DNA of 64,000 nt from Tubulanus polymorphus (Eukaryota; Animalia; Nemertea), in NCBI RefSeq assembly GCF_964204645.1, contig NC_134029.1, forward strand, positions 5,208,001 through 5,272,000, in the 5' to 3' direction. The position numbers and the translations under genes were made by a program. The notes beneath the pieces were generated by a model. The model was not told where the DNA came from, did not search any database, and saw nothing but the letters and a program-made list of their open reading frames with translations. This document shows positions 26,965-40,109 of the stretch, piece after piece; within the stretch, counting starts at the first letter, position 1; each line of letters opens with the position of its first letter.

Positions 26965-29900
26965 ATGGTCGTTAGAGATATTCCGAAGGTATTTTTCATT
27001 TTCAGCAACAATTCTTTCAAAAATGACGAAGATATTTTCGAACTAGCAATACCGGTACGCTGTGTATTTTTCTACTCTAATAGCATATCAAGCTTTACCA
27101 TCAATCTGTGATATTTTGAAGCCATTTACATATCTTCATTTCCCACCGCCTTGGATTCATTTTGTCGTGTTGTCGCATTCAAAATACAAAATAACATATA
27201 TTCTTCAATAATATGTGTTGCTGTTGTCCGATTGCTTAGGATCGAGGGCTCCAAGCCAACGAACTTAAACTTCTTTACAAAGAAAAACATAGTGACTCGA
27301 ATAGCTTCCCGGTGAATAAAATTCCTTCTCAACAAGTGGATCGCACATCGGATTTATATTACACAATCGAAGAATGTCCACCGTGGTACACATCACTTAT
27401 ATTTGGATTCCAAGTGAGCATGTATTTTTACCATTTAGGGAAAGTGGGTTTTTTTATGTATGAAACGATAGATATGTCAGTATGTCTCATATCTGTATAG
27501 GTTGATATTTTACATTCGAATCTAATTGTAAATTCCATGGCCAATTTCAAGCCTGTCAAAAAGCCTACATTATGTTTTTGAGTCAGAAGAAAAAGAGATT
27601 GAAGAAAAATTTAGTGGCATTAATTTCAGCATTATGTAACACTGTTTGGTGGGACGATTAACATCCCGTTGTTACTAGCAGAACCTCTGTGTATGGGCAA
27701 TGATGAGGTGGCAAAAAGTGAACTTATTGGAACTGTTTTCTTCATGGTCGGTATAGGAACGTTACTTCAAACAGTATTTGGAACGAGGTATTTGCTTACG
27801 ATATGACATACTCTACATATAGTATTTATACTAATGATAAAAAAATCAACCTTAATATGCCCTATTCTAACCTCAAATATAATCAAATTAATCGTCTACA
27901 CCTACGATCTTGAAGACAGCTAAGTCGGCTCAATATGAGCCCAAACTACTGAATACCCGTTATACCCGAAAAAGGATAGAATCAGCTAGAAAACTCCGCA
28001 GAACACGCAAAACATTGTTTTCATCTTCAGATTACCAATCGTACAAGGTTGTTCAGTCGCATTTATAATTCCGACGTTTGCTATTCTATCTTTGCCTAAA
28101 TGGAAATGTCCTGGTCCTCAAAACGGTAAGCAGCAATCCCACTTCATAAAAGGCTAATGGTATCATTAAATTGGAACATCGCTTAACCGCACGATCGTTG
28201 CGTAAACCTATAATTACCGATATGAACGCATTGATTATGTTGCTATTTGTAGCAGCAACTGGTCCGCTGACCAATGTGTCCAGTAATCTAATGGCTACTC
28301 AGAAGCTAATGGCTTCAAACCAGTAATTTTTGGGTGCAAACGAAACCAATCAAGTTTTACTCTCTCCCACCGAAGTTTGGCAAAGTCGTATTCGTGAGGT
28401 AACGATTCGATAAAAGAATAAAAGAAAAATTCGAAATTGCACGAAGCACGGGGTGACGACCTCTTGAAATATTTTAGAATTTTAACTCAACTACTGCGAT
28501 TTTATCATAAAAACGACGTCTCTAAAATTTCAGGTGCAAGGAGCAATAATCGGTGCATCCATGATCCAAATCGTGTTCGGATTTAGTGGAATAATGGGAT
28601 ATATACTGCGGTTCATCGGCCCTATAGTTATTACTCCCACCATAAGTCTAGTCGGACTTTCATTGTTTGTACCAGCGGCGGAGATGGCATCTAAACAGTG
28701 GTGGATTGCGATATCGTAAGTGTCTCTTTTTTCATTACCACGGTATCATTTCTAATATCCTCCAAGGTGTGGATTTCCTCGATGATTTTTTTTCTTCGGT
28801 TTTACCTTATATCCAGCAATTTAGAGCCTAATAGTTCCACATTTATTCAATAGTTGAATTTGAACCCATAAGGATTTATCATTTGTTTTTGTAGGACGGT
28901 TATTCTCATAACGATATTTTCTCAATATATGCGTAACATATCGATACCTTGTCTCAAGTACACGAAAGGTCAAGGTTGCACTAGAACGAGCGGTTTTTCT
29001 CTTTTTACGCAATTTCCGGTAAGCGATAACAATTTCCCTCCAATAATTTGATAAACATCCGGGGGTTCTATAATGTGAATAGGCCTACATATTCGAGAAA
29101 GAGATTCGACTAAGAGGCACTATTTTCGCATTAAGATAATACCGTGGACAACTGAAATGTTCGAATCCTAAAATACATTTCTTTGAATGGAGGCGTTTTT
29201 GTGCATTTTTTCGAAGGTGAATGGTTAATCATATTCAGATTTTTGGAAGGGTCCGTTAGTTTTATTTGTACATGTCTTCAATCGGATCGTCATACATATC
29301 GAAATGCATCCAAGATACTGTAAAAATAGCTACTGATATTCCTATTTCAGTTGATATTGTCGATCCTTATGATTTGGTTGATATGCTTCGTCTTGACAAT
29401 AACTGATGTACTACCAAATGAACCTGATAGCTGGGGCTATGGAGCACGAACTGATACTAGATTATCGGTGATTACGCAGTCTTCATGGTTCAGAGTTCCT
29501 TACCCAGGTATTGGAGACATTTTTCATTGCAATGCTGTCCTAATGCTGTCAAAGTTCAAGTTCAAGTTCAACTTGTCCCCGTTTGTCGATTTTTTAAGAT
29601 TTCCAAATATAAGATCACGTGGCTCATCGTCCAATTTCAAATCAAGATCTTCGGGAATATTTTTTATTTTACGATATAGGTCAGTGGGGAATGCCTACAT
29701 TTAGTGCAGCGGCAGTAGTGGGAATGGTATCTGGAGTCTTGTCGTCGATGGTTGAATCCGTTGGTGACTATTACGCGTGTGCGCGATTATCGGGCGCCCC
29801 TCCACCACCAAAACACGCAATAAATAGAGGTACATAACCCTTATACTGACTCACAAGCAGACAGAGTCACGGTGTGTGTGGATGGGGCCCTGTATATTAT

Positions 29901-31316
29901 ATTCGTATCATTTCAGGAATAGGAATAGAAGGCGTGGCTAGTCTCTTAGCAGGAGTTTTAGGCACTGGAAATGCCATGACTTCTTATAGCGAAAATATCA
30001 GCACTATCGGAATAACTAAGGTTTTTTAGACATGCGCCGAAAGAAAAGCCCGACTGCGAACAAATAGTGTATCACATGAAGCAGCTCACTTGAAATGTCA
30101 ACCGTCAAAATGAATGCTTATGAATCTTGAAAATAACTGAATGTGTGGGCTTTTCTTTTGTCTCAGGCAAAAAAGTGGCCGTTCCCCTGATGACAAAGAT
30201 GATAAGCGAGCGTTTTATTCTTAGGTTGGAAGCCGACGCGTAGTTCAGATAGGGGCATTGGTATCACTCGTTTTCGGTATTCTGGGGAAATTCGGTGCTC
30301 TGTTTGTGACGATACCTGATCCGGTTATCGGTGGGATGTCTCTGATCATGTTCGGTACGACCTCGCGTAACCGAAGAAGTTCTCTCTTCTTCTTCGACAA
30401 AGATCGTGAAATAAAACAGAAAACAAAACAAGAAAACTCCACAACATAGATCTTATGATCATCCACTCCTCGAAAATTCATTTGTTTACATTAATCGTGT
30501 TTGATGTATTTTATGCAGGAATGATCACAGCAGTTGGGCTATCAAATCTACAATACGTTGATATGAATTCAACTCGTAATATCTTCATCGTCGGATTCTC
30601 TATATTTTCTGGATTAACTCTACCGCATTGGCTGACCACACATCCTGGTGCTATAAATACTGGTAAAAGTATAGACATTTTTTGGAAGTTTTATTTCATA
30701 AATCTAAACATTGTGCTTTATTAGATGTATTTGTCCATTTAACCAGTATATTTAAGCCATGGTTAAGCCAGAATAATGATAAAAGATATTGAATCAATTA
30801 TAGGTGCACCAATAGTTGACCAGATATTCACTGTTCTGCTTTCTACATCGATGTTTGTCGGCGGATTTCTTGCATTTTTCTTAGACAACACAATACCAGG
30901 TTTGCAATTTGTAGCAAAGACCCCCAGTTCTACCAGATTCTAAGTCCACACTGGAACAAGTAGCGAACTTAATTTGCATTTAATATACTAGAACTGTGGA
31001 GCTGGACCCAAGAAACCTATATTTCGTTTGTCATTTTTAAGTTTCTACCTATTCTGCACAGCCCTCTATTTTCTAATATTCCAGGTACACTCGCAGAAAG
31101 AGGTTTGGATAAATGGTGTAATGAAAGTAGCGAAACTGAGTTTCTGAAATTGAAAATAAAGGAAACTCGTCAACGTATGATTTTCCATTCGGAATGAATT
31201 TAGTAAGGAAGCACAGATGGACACGATATGTTCCGTTCTGCCCAACGTATGGCGAAGAGACGAATGAGGAACAATTGAAAGTTGTCGGAGATGATCGCGA
31301 TGAAATAGAATTGTAA
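26965..31316 (+). pseudogene. SLC23/NAT nucleobase transporter, disabled copy A
   Basis: Same exon chain as copy B, but in-frame TAA at 28324-28326 (TCA in B), signature ENIG>ENIS at 30000-30002, a -1 frameshift near 31137, and 3' truncation at the duplication junction. Confidence 0.85.
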
Positions 31317-31543
31317 ATGATATAATGAACTTGACATATTTCAGTTGAAATAGACGAATAACGGATATGTTCAGAATTACGGATATGACACTATTTATGG
31401 ATCACCAGTACATGTACTTCGAAAATTCTCTATTCGCAATCACATCACTTATGAATACGTAATCAATATATCTCATTAAAAGGCTAGCATATCTCTCCGA
31501 CACAGAGATGGCGATCTACACAAGTAATAATGAAGTTGAGTAT

Positions 31544-33105
31544 CTAAATGCTACTCTGACAAGCGTTTGTTGACAGAATTGAATGGTTTTGTAAATCTAT
31601 GCGATCGGTGTCGTTTGTGGTTAATTCAGTTCCGCTGTTTGTCGACTGTTGTGTTTTAACCGACCAAACTGATTGCTCGCCATTTGCGTCTTCGCCTGGG
31701 AAGCACCGTCGACAACATCGACCTGAAGACAAAATCGACGAATATGCCTGTCTGAAAAGTAAACGATAAAATGTCATAATACGATGACTAACTTTTAACT
31801 GTTGGTAAGATATAGTGGTAACGCATATACTTTATTTTGCATTTTATAAGGAAATGCAAAAATGTTTATTCTGAAAATTAAACTCGGAACGATTATTATC
31901 AATTTAAGTCGTATCATTCGGTAAAGGATAAGTAGTTATATTTAAGTTAATAAATAATAAAGGAAATTAGTTATGTAAAACTGATACGCTAACCCCGCAT
32001 CCAACCCGTTTTGAGATTATGAAAGTGCACGTAATTGGTTAGTTGAGTTTATAAAAAGAGTTAGTTTGACATGGTTATATCGTATTTGCGATGTACGTGA
32101 AACGTGTGGTATATAATAGTAATATAGACCGTTTCTGTTTTCAAAAATTCACTGAGACTGAAAGTAAAGGTATGGTTTTTCGATATTTTCCATTGAGAAA
32201 CAGGCTGCCACTTACCTGAACTCACTGTTCATGCTGCCGTATATGATGACGTTCAAGGCGATTGTCAAACAATATAAGCCTATGGTAACTACATACGCTA
32301 TTAGAGGCTCTTCGAGGTCACTGTCTACTGTTCGCAGAACGAAAAACGGCGCATAGCCGAAAAAGCTAACGGAACAAATAAACCCGAAAGTTTTTGTCAA
32401 ACGTAATTCCATCTGAGCCGAATCGCGGCTAGTAGCTATACTGTGTCTGTTTGATTCGGACTCGTTCGACGAATTTTCACTGAATCTGTTCAAAGCCCTC
32501 GTAGTTTTTTTCACGTAAATTAGAATCGCCGTATAACAGAATATCATCGTGCAAGCCGGCAGCCCGAAAAGCAACAGTAAGCTGACTATTTTCTGAAATG
32601 TTGGAGTATCTGGAATGAAGATACATTTCACGTCCAATCCGTCGTCGTGAGCCTCTTTAAATTCGTCGTACATCGTCGGAATTAGCGAGGCCGGTGGTAA
32701 AATCCAACAGATCATTGTTATCAGTACTCGGCCTCTCCGTCTCTCTAAAAAGTCCACGCTATGCACCAGACGTAAATATCGCTGTATAGCGATTGATGAC
32801 TGGATCAACATGGAAGTACCGTAAAGACACAAGTTTAATATAACGAAAATCTGACAAAACAACTCACCGAAATGCCACGCGTTTGATACAAGCGTACAAA
32901 CCATTATCGGGCAGAGGATGCCCAGAAAAAGTAAGTCCGGGATGCTGAGGCAAATGACGAGAAATCTCGCCGCCTTCCCGCGAAATAACGAGAACTTAGC
33001 TATCGAAATAAGGATCAACACATTGCCGAGTATTCCCGAAATACTGGTTAACGAAATGACCGTTACTCCAATAGTTCGTTCGAGCATCGTGAAAGATTCA
33101 GCCAT
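31544..33105 (-). CDS. Rhodopsin-like (class A) orphan GPCR, copy B, ~365 aa
   Basis: Exons 33105-32216 and 31751-31544. Differs from copy A by 7 residues in exon 1 and has a 17-residue longer C-tail. Confidence 0.9.
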
Positions 33106-34172
33106 CGTACACAACTGGTTCCTCGGAGCGGCGCTCCACTGTCACATTTACCATTAAATGTCGCCAGATCAAGTTACGAGCGTCCGTTCTTTTTGTGCCG
33201 ATAACAGTCGTCATCGACATAGATTCATTCGACAGCTCTCTTTCCCTCTCGTTCTCTCTCAATCCATTTCTCTTTTGCTGAGTAGGAAATATAGTTCAAG
33301 CTGCGATAAAAATAGTCATTAATTTCAGTGAATGTATATATGTAAATATACATTTTTAACGAAAGCCTAAATCCTGATAAACCTGAACAAACATTGATTA
33401 AACACTCAGTCCAATGAAATAAGTACGTAATGAACCATTTATCACCCTCTAAATAATCCAATAGCAAACGATTGGACGATTTGAGGCACTATTTGCCGTT
33501 TCATGATGTTAAATCGTCTAAAATATCTGCATCAAATTCAATTTTGCGGGAAAGTGCATCTTTTCGCTGGGAGACTATTCTGATTCGATATTGATAATTC
33601 CAACGCTGAAAACTCGTTCAAAATTTGAAACCACTTCGTTGTAAAATGATTCGAGGAGATTCTCACGGTCGAGATACGCGTCGAATCAAAATTAGAGTAC
33701 ATGAATTCTGCATAGCGAAATCGAAAGCGTTTTAGGTCAATACGTTTTCATCGGATACTGACTCCGATGGGTCTGAAGCATCCTTTTTCCTGGATTCAGT
33801 TGTTTCAAATCTACAGTTTGAACTAGTTCTAAAAACGAAGTTTATTTTGCTACTCTTAGAATTTAGGAGCAGTTCCCTCTAGAATTTACCGCCCTCAGAA
33901 TATTGAAATTGCCAATCAAAGGATTTCTGAAGTTGCTTGAGAATTACAGATTCCTGCTAGCTATCTAGCTGAGTTGTGTTGACAGTTCTTCCTCATAGAT
34001 ATTTATAGATAGTTCCTGCTTATCAATGTATCATTCGTTATTTTATTCAAATTCCTACCACGATTTGAATATCTCGTGAAATATCAGTGCCGACAGTTCG
34101 TAAAGCGATAAACGCTTGTTCTTTAGTCAATCGTGGTAAATTTACATAGATTCATCTAATGATTACTTAGTG

Positions 34173-34179
34173 TATATAA
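34173..34179 (+). promoter_or_regulatory. TATA box of peptide gene copy B
   Basis: TATATAA followed by an initiator-like CATTCACT near 34198, a donor GTAAGT at 34257 and an acceptor TTTCTATAG ending 34347, just upstream of the ATG. Confidence 0.6.
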
Positions 34180-34354
34180 GCTAGTCTGAATTTATAACAT
34201 TCACTGGTCTTAAAGATTTCACTGCGAGGAAGCAACTAGAAAATAGCGAAATAAGTGTAAGTAATCGTCTTTTCAAATCACTGCAAAGGTTTTTGTTCTT
34301 TTTCACGAACTCATGTTGATATTTCGATTTATTTTCTATTTCTATAGAATAACG

Positions 34355-34564
34355 ATGAGTCAAGCCGCAGTGATGTTTTTGGTTGTTTTCTTGTTCGTTA
34401 CGTTCGCCGCCGAAGTGCAAAGCTGTCAGAACCAAGCTGAAATGATCGCTTGTTACGTGTGCAATGCTCATGGCTGTCTGGAGTCGGGTGTAACCAACGA
34501 AGAATGTTGTGCAAATACTGAATATTACTTCAAATACTGTGGAGATTGTATGCCAGACATTTAG
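34355..34564 (+). CDS. Small secreted cysteine-rich peptide precursor, 69 aa (23-aa signal + 46-aa mature peptide, 8 Cys)
   Basis: MSQAAVMFLVVFLFVTFAAEVQS|CQNQAEMIACYVCNAHGCLESGVTNEECCANTEYYFKYCGDCMPDI. Hydrophobic signal with V-x-S cleavage site; TATA box, 5' UTR intron and a paralogous copy support a real gene. Confidence 0.8.
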   Translation: MSQAAVMFLVVFLFVTFAAEVQSCQNQAEMIACYVCNAHGCLESGVTNEECCANTEYYFKYCGDCMPDI

Positions 34565-35156
34565 AAGTTGATGGAAAAAATACAGAAGACATTTTTGTCA
34601 TGAAAATTGCTTGAAAATGATTTTTCTACTTGGAAATGTTTTCCTTGAGTTTTCTCTATATGCCACGAAACTGTCCCATATTCCATATTTTATCTTATTT
34701 TTGAAATGGCACGATTTCTTTCGGGGACAGCTAATCCTGACGTAGGCGTAGCCATTAGCGATGTCACCAAAAAACGAGTAAAATTAGCGCTGGCGGATGA
34801 GAGGATTTTTCATGTGCCGGAAGGTAATTGTGTTGCGGCGCCTTTAACAGCAACCGAAAGGCAACCGCTTAAAAATCCCCGTAGGATTTCTTAGAATGAA
34901 TCTATTCAAAGGAGATTAAGATTGGCGATTGATATCAAATATCGTCCGCATTTAAGTCGAAATTGATTTTTAGATTTTGGTATTTACTTTAAATGTCGTT
35001 TGACATTATTCGCGATACTCGATAAGATAGACTAATTGGTAATTCGATCGATATAGTTCAAAACCGGGTCACCAGATTTTGATAATTATATTACTATCGA
35101 AAATCAACATCTCAGAAAGTTCATATGGTATGGTAGAATAGATTCTCGAGGATAAA

Positions 35157-38100
35157 ATGGTCGTTAAAGATAGTCCGAAGGTATCTTTCTTTTTTTCAGT
35201 GACAGAAATAACAAACATATTTAGATTCAAATACATAACGTAATGTATTTTCTACTAATTTCAAGCCATTTGCGTATCGATCAATTTTTAGTTTTTTGCT
35301 TTCAAAAGATAGAAAATACAATTATCTATTTTGCTGTTTTCCGATTGCTCAGGATCGAGGGGCCCAAGCTGCCGAACTTGAACTTCTTTACAAAGAAAAA
35401 TATAGTAAATCGAATGGCTTTCCAGTGAACGAAAGTCCTGCTCAACAAGTGGATCGCACATCGGATTTATATTACACAATAGAAGAGTGTCCACCTTGGT
35501 ACACATCACTAATATTTGGATTCCAAGTGAGCATATATTTTTTCCATTTAGGGAAACCGGTTTTCTATATAAAAAGCGATATGTCCGTACGCCTCATATC
35601 TGTGTAGGTTGATATTTTACAACGGAGTCAAATTGAGGGGGGACATGGTCAATTTCAATCCGAAAAAATAGTTCACAAGCCTGTCGAAATGCCCATGTCA
35701 GATATATTATGGGGGGAAAAAGATTGAAGAACAAATTTAAATCATTGAGTGGCATCAATTTCAGCATTATGTAACATTGTTTGGTGGGACGATTAGTATT
35801 CCGTTGTTGCTAGCAGAACCTCTGTGTATGGGCAATGATGAGGTGGCAAAAAGTGAACTTATTGGAACTGTTTTCTTCATGGTCGGTATAGGAACGTTAC
35901 TTCAAACAGTATTTGGAACGAGGTATTTCCTTGCGATATTGATATGCTCTCCATATTGTATTTACACTAATGATAAAAAAATCATACATACTACAGTAAG
36001 GAATCGAACAAAATTGCGAACCTTAGTATGCCCTATTCTAACCTTGTAACAACCTAAACCGTCTACTCCTACGATCGTCAAGACAGCGAAGTGGGCTCAA
36101 TCTCAGTCTAAACCATTCGAATACCCGAAATACCCGAAAAAGCATTGAATATGTTAGAAAACTCTGCATAACACTCAGAACATTGTTTTCTTCTTCAGAT
36201 TACCAATCGTACAAGGTTGTTCAGTCGCATTTATAATTCCGACGTTTGCTATTCTATCGTTACCTAAGTGGAAGTGTCCTGGTCCTCGAAACGGTAAGCA
36301 GCAATCCTACTGCATAAAAGGTTAATGGTATCATTAAATCGGAACATCGCTAAACCTATTCATTTTGATCGTTGCGTAAACCAATAATTACCGACATAAA
36401 CGCATTCATTATGTTGCGATTTGTAGTAGTAAGTGGTCCGCTGACCAATGTGTCCAGTAATCTAATGGCTACTCAGAAGCTAATGGCTTCAAACCAGTCA
36501 TTCTTGAATGCAAACGAAACCAATCAAGTTTTGCTCTCTCCCACCGAAGTTTGGCAAAGTCGTATTCGTGAGGTAACGATTCTATAGAACTTTAGTTCTG
36601 GATTTTTAGCACTTGAAAATAGAAAGTTTGAAATTGCACGAAGCACGCGTCGATGACCTCTTTAATCAATTCAGAATTTTAACTCAACTGCTGCGTTTGC
36701 ATCATATAACGACGTCTCTAAAATTTCAGGTGCAAGGAGCAATAATCGGTGCATCCATGATCCAAATCGTGTTCGGATTTAGTGGAATAATGGGATTTAT
36801 ACTGCAGTTCATCGGCCCTATAGTTATTACTCCCACCATAAGTCTAGTCGGACTTTCATTGTTTGTACCAGCGGCGGAAATGGCATCTAAACAATGGTGG
36901 ATTGCGATATCGTAAGTGTAACGATATCATTCCAAATATACTCGAGGGTGCGGAATTTCTTGATGCAATAAGGTTTTACCTTATGTCCAGCAATTTAGGG
37001 CCTAGTAGTTCAAAAGTTGATTGAGAGATGAGTTTGACTCCATTAGGATGGATGCTATGTGTCATTTGTATTTTTGTAGGACGGTTATTCTGATAACGAT
37101 ATTCTCTCAATATATGCGTAACATATCGATACCTTGTCTCAAGTACGTCAAAGGTCAAGGTTGCACCAGAACGAGCGGTTTTTCTCTTTTTACGCAATTA
37201 CCGGTAAGCGATAACAATTTCCCTCTAATAATTTGATAAACATCTGGGGGTTCTCTGATAGAAAATACATATTCGAGAAAATGTCGACTAGCAGACACTT
37301 TTCCCATCACAATAATCTCGTTGACAACTAAACGCTCGAATCACAAAATTTCTTTCTTTGGGTGGAGGCACTGTTGTGCATCTTTTCAAGTGATTAGTTA
37401 TTCATATTCTATAGTGCAAAAGACTTTTTTTATCATTTCAGTTAACAAAAATACATGATCTTTCGAAATGCATCCAAGTTACTGTAAAAATAGCTACTAA
37501 TATTCCTATTTCAGTTGCTATTGTCGATCCTTATAATTTGGTTGATATGCTTCGTCTTGACAATAACTGATGTACTACCAAATGAACCTGATAGCTGGGG
37601 CTATGGAGCACGAACTGATACTAGATTATCGGTGATTACGCAATCTTCCTGGTTCAGAGTTCCGTATCCAGGTATTCGATAAATTTTTCATTGCAATCCC
37701 AGTTTGTCGATTTTTTAAGATTTCCAAATTCAAGATGACGTGGCTCATCGTACAAATGTAAAAATAAGATCATCGGGAATATTTTGTATTTTACGATATA
37801 GGTCAGTGGGGAATGCCTACATTTAGTGCAGCGGCAGTAGTGGGAATGGTATCTGGAGTATTGTCGTCGATGGTTGAATCCGTTGGTGACTATTACGCGT
37901 GTGCGCGATTATCGGGCGCCCCTCCACCACCAAAACACGCAATAAATAGAGGTACATAAACCTTTATACTGACTCAGAAACAGACAGAGTCACAGTGCGT
38001 GAGGATGGGGCCTTTTATATTTTATTTGTATCATTTCAGGCATAGGAATAGAAGGTTTGGCTAGTCTCTTAGCAGGAATTGTGGGTACTGGAAATGCCAT

Positions 38101-39479
38101 GACTTCTTATAGCGAAAATATCGGCACTATCGGAATCACTAAGGTATTTTTACTTGCAATAAAAGCCCTACTGCAAAGAAATACTTTATCATACGAAGAA
38201 ACTCACTCGAAATGTCATCTGCCAAAATGAATGTTTATGAATCTTTAAAATAACTGAATGTGTGGGCTTTTCTTTAGTCACAGGCAGAAAAGTGGCCGTT
38301 CCCCTGATAATGAATATGATAGGCGAGCTTTTATCTTCCTAGGTTGGAAGCCGACGCGTAGTTCAAACAGGGGCATTGGTGTCACTCATTTTCGGTATTC
38401 TGGGGAAATTCGGTGCTCTGTTTGTGACGATACCTGATCCGGTTATTGGTGGGATGTTTCTGATCATGTTCGGTACGACCTCGCGTAACCGAAGAAGTTC
38501 TCTATTGTTCTTCAACAAAGATCGTGAAATAAAACATGAAACATAACAAAAAACTCCACAATAGTTCTTATGATCATCCGATCCTCGAAAATTCATTTGT
38601 TTACATTATCATGTTTCATGTATTTTTAATACAGGAATGATCACAGCAGTTGGGCTATCAAATCTACAATACGTTGATATGAATTCAACTCGTAATATCT
38701 TCATCGTTGGAGTCTCCATATTTTCTGGATTAACTCTACCACATTGGCTGAACACTTATCCTGGTGCTATCAATACTGGTAAAAGTCTAGACATTTTATT
38801 CTATTTCGAATCATTAGATTTGGTTTGAGTGGAAGTTTTATTTCATATATCTAAACATTGTCCTTTATTAGATGTATTTGTCCATTTAACCAGTATATTT
38901 AAGCCATGATTAAGCCAGAATAATGATATCAGATATTCAATCAATTATAGGTGCACCAATAGTTGATCAGATATTCACTGTTCTGCTTTCTACATCGATG
39001 TTTGTCGGAGGATTTCTTGCATTTTTCTTAGACAACACAATACCAGGTTTGTCATTTGTTACAATGACCTCCAGTTCGTCCAATTCTAAAGTCCAAATTA
39101 GAACAAGTAGCGAACTTAATTTGCATTTATTCTACTAGAACTGCGGAACTGGATCCATGAAACTTATATATTTCATTTTTTACAAGTTTTTACCATTCCG
39201 CTCGGCCCTCTATTTTCTAATATTCCAGGTACACTCGCAGAAAGAGGTTTGGATAAATGGTGCAATGAAAGCAGCGAAACTGGAGATACTGAAATTGACA
39301 ATGAAGGAAACTCGTCAACGTATGATTTTCCATTAGGAATGAATTTAGTAAGGAAGCACAGATGGACACGGTATGTTCCGTTCTGTCCAACGTATGGCGT
39401 AGAGACGAATGATGAACAACTGAAAGTTATCGGAGATGATCGCGATGAAATAAGAAGATCAAGCGTAGTGACAGTTTAA
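35157..39479 (+). CDS. SLC23/NAT (NCS2) family nucleobase-ascorbate transporter, intact copy B, ~14 coding exons
   Basis: ATG exon 35157-35180, then [21 protein letters not shown]|[42 protein letters not shown], signature [48 protein letters not shown]. Stop TAA at 39477-39479. Confidence 0.93.
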
Positions 39480-39928
39480 CCTTAGCCAAAATAAAGTATA
39501 TCCACAAAAGCACAGTATCTTTATTTTTTTCATTTTCACCAATCTATCGTGTAATAACGAATTCGGCCGGGAGAACTACCATCTCGTAATAAGATCTGAA
39601 ACTCACTGCCTGGCCCATATGGACCACGTTCTTTAAGCTCTCAATTTCCCCTTAAAACATAATGTTATTATATTATCACATATTTTCTAATGAAATTGGA
39701 TGGGATATTAATGAAAATGCCAATATCAGAATACAACGGCATTTCTGATCCCATCCCAAATCTGCGAAAACAACCCAAGCTTTTTAAACTTGAAGTGCTG
39801 AAGCCTTCTGGAAGCAGATGCAAGTGTACAAGAAATAGCCGATACACTGTAGTTTAAGACATATTGCAAACTTCGAAGGACAGCATATATTATCATATCT
39901 TCGGTTGATTTATTCTAATCATTTGCGT

Positions 39929-40109
<181 letters not shown>

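Larger units (their letters stand above)
19934..39452. repeat. Tandem segmental duplication, unit A ~19934-31310 and unit B ~31311-39452 (GPCR + peptide + SLC23)
   Basis: TTGTAAATG...AATGAACTTGACATATTTCA.TTGAAATAGACGAATAA opens both units (19934 and 31311). Exons, introns and intergenic DNA are collinear, with indels. Confidence 0.93.

Noticed and set aside
28324-28326. Possible stop-codon readthrough or recoding in SLC23 copy A
   Set aside because: The codon is TAA, the paralogue has TCA, and independent disabling lesions exist, so pseudogenisation is simpler.
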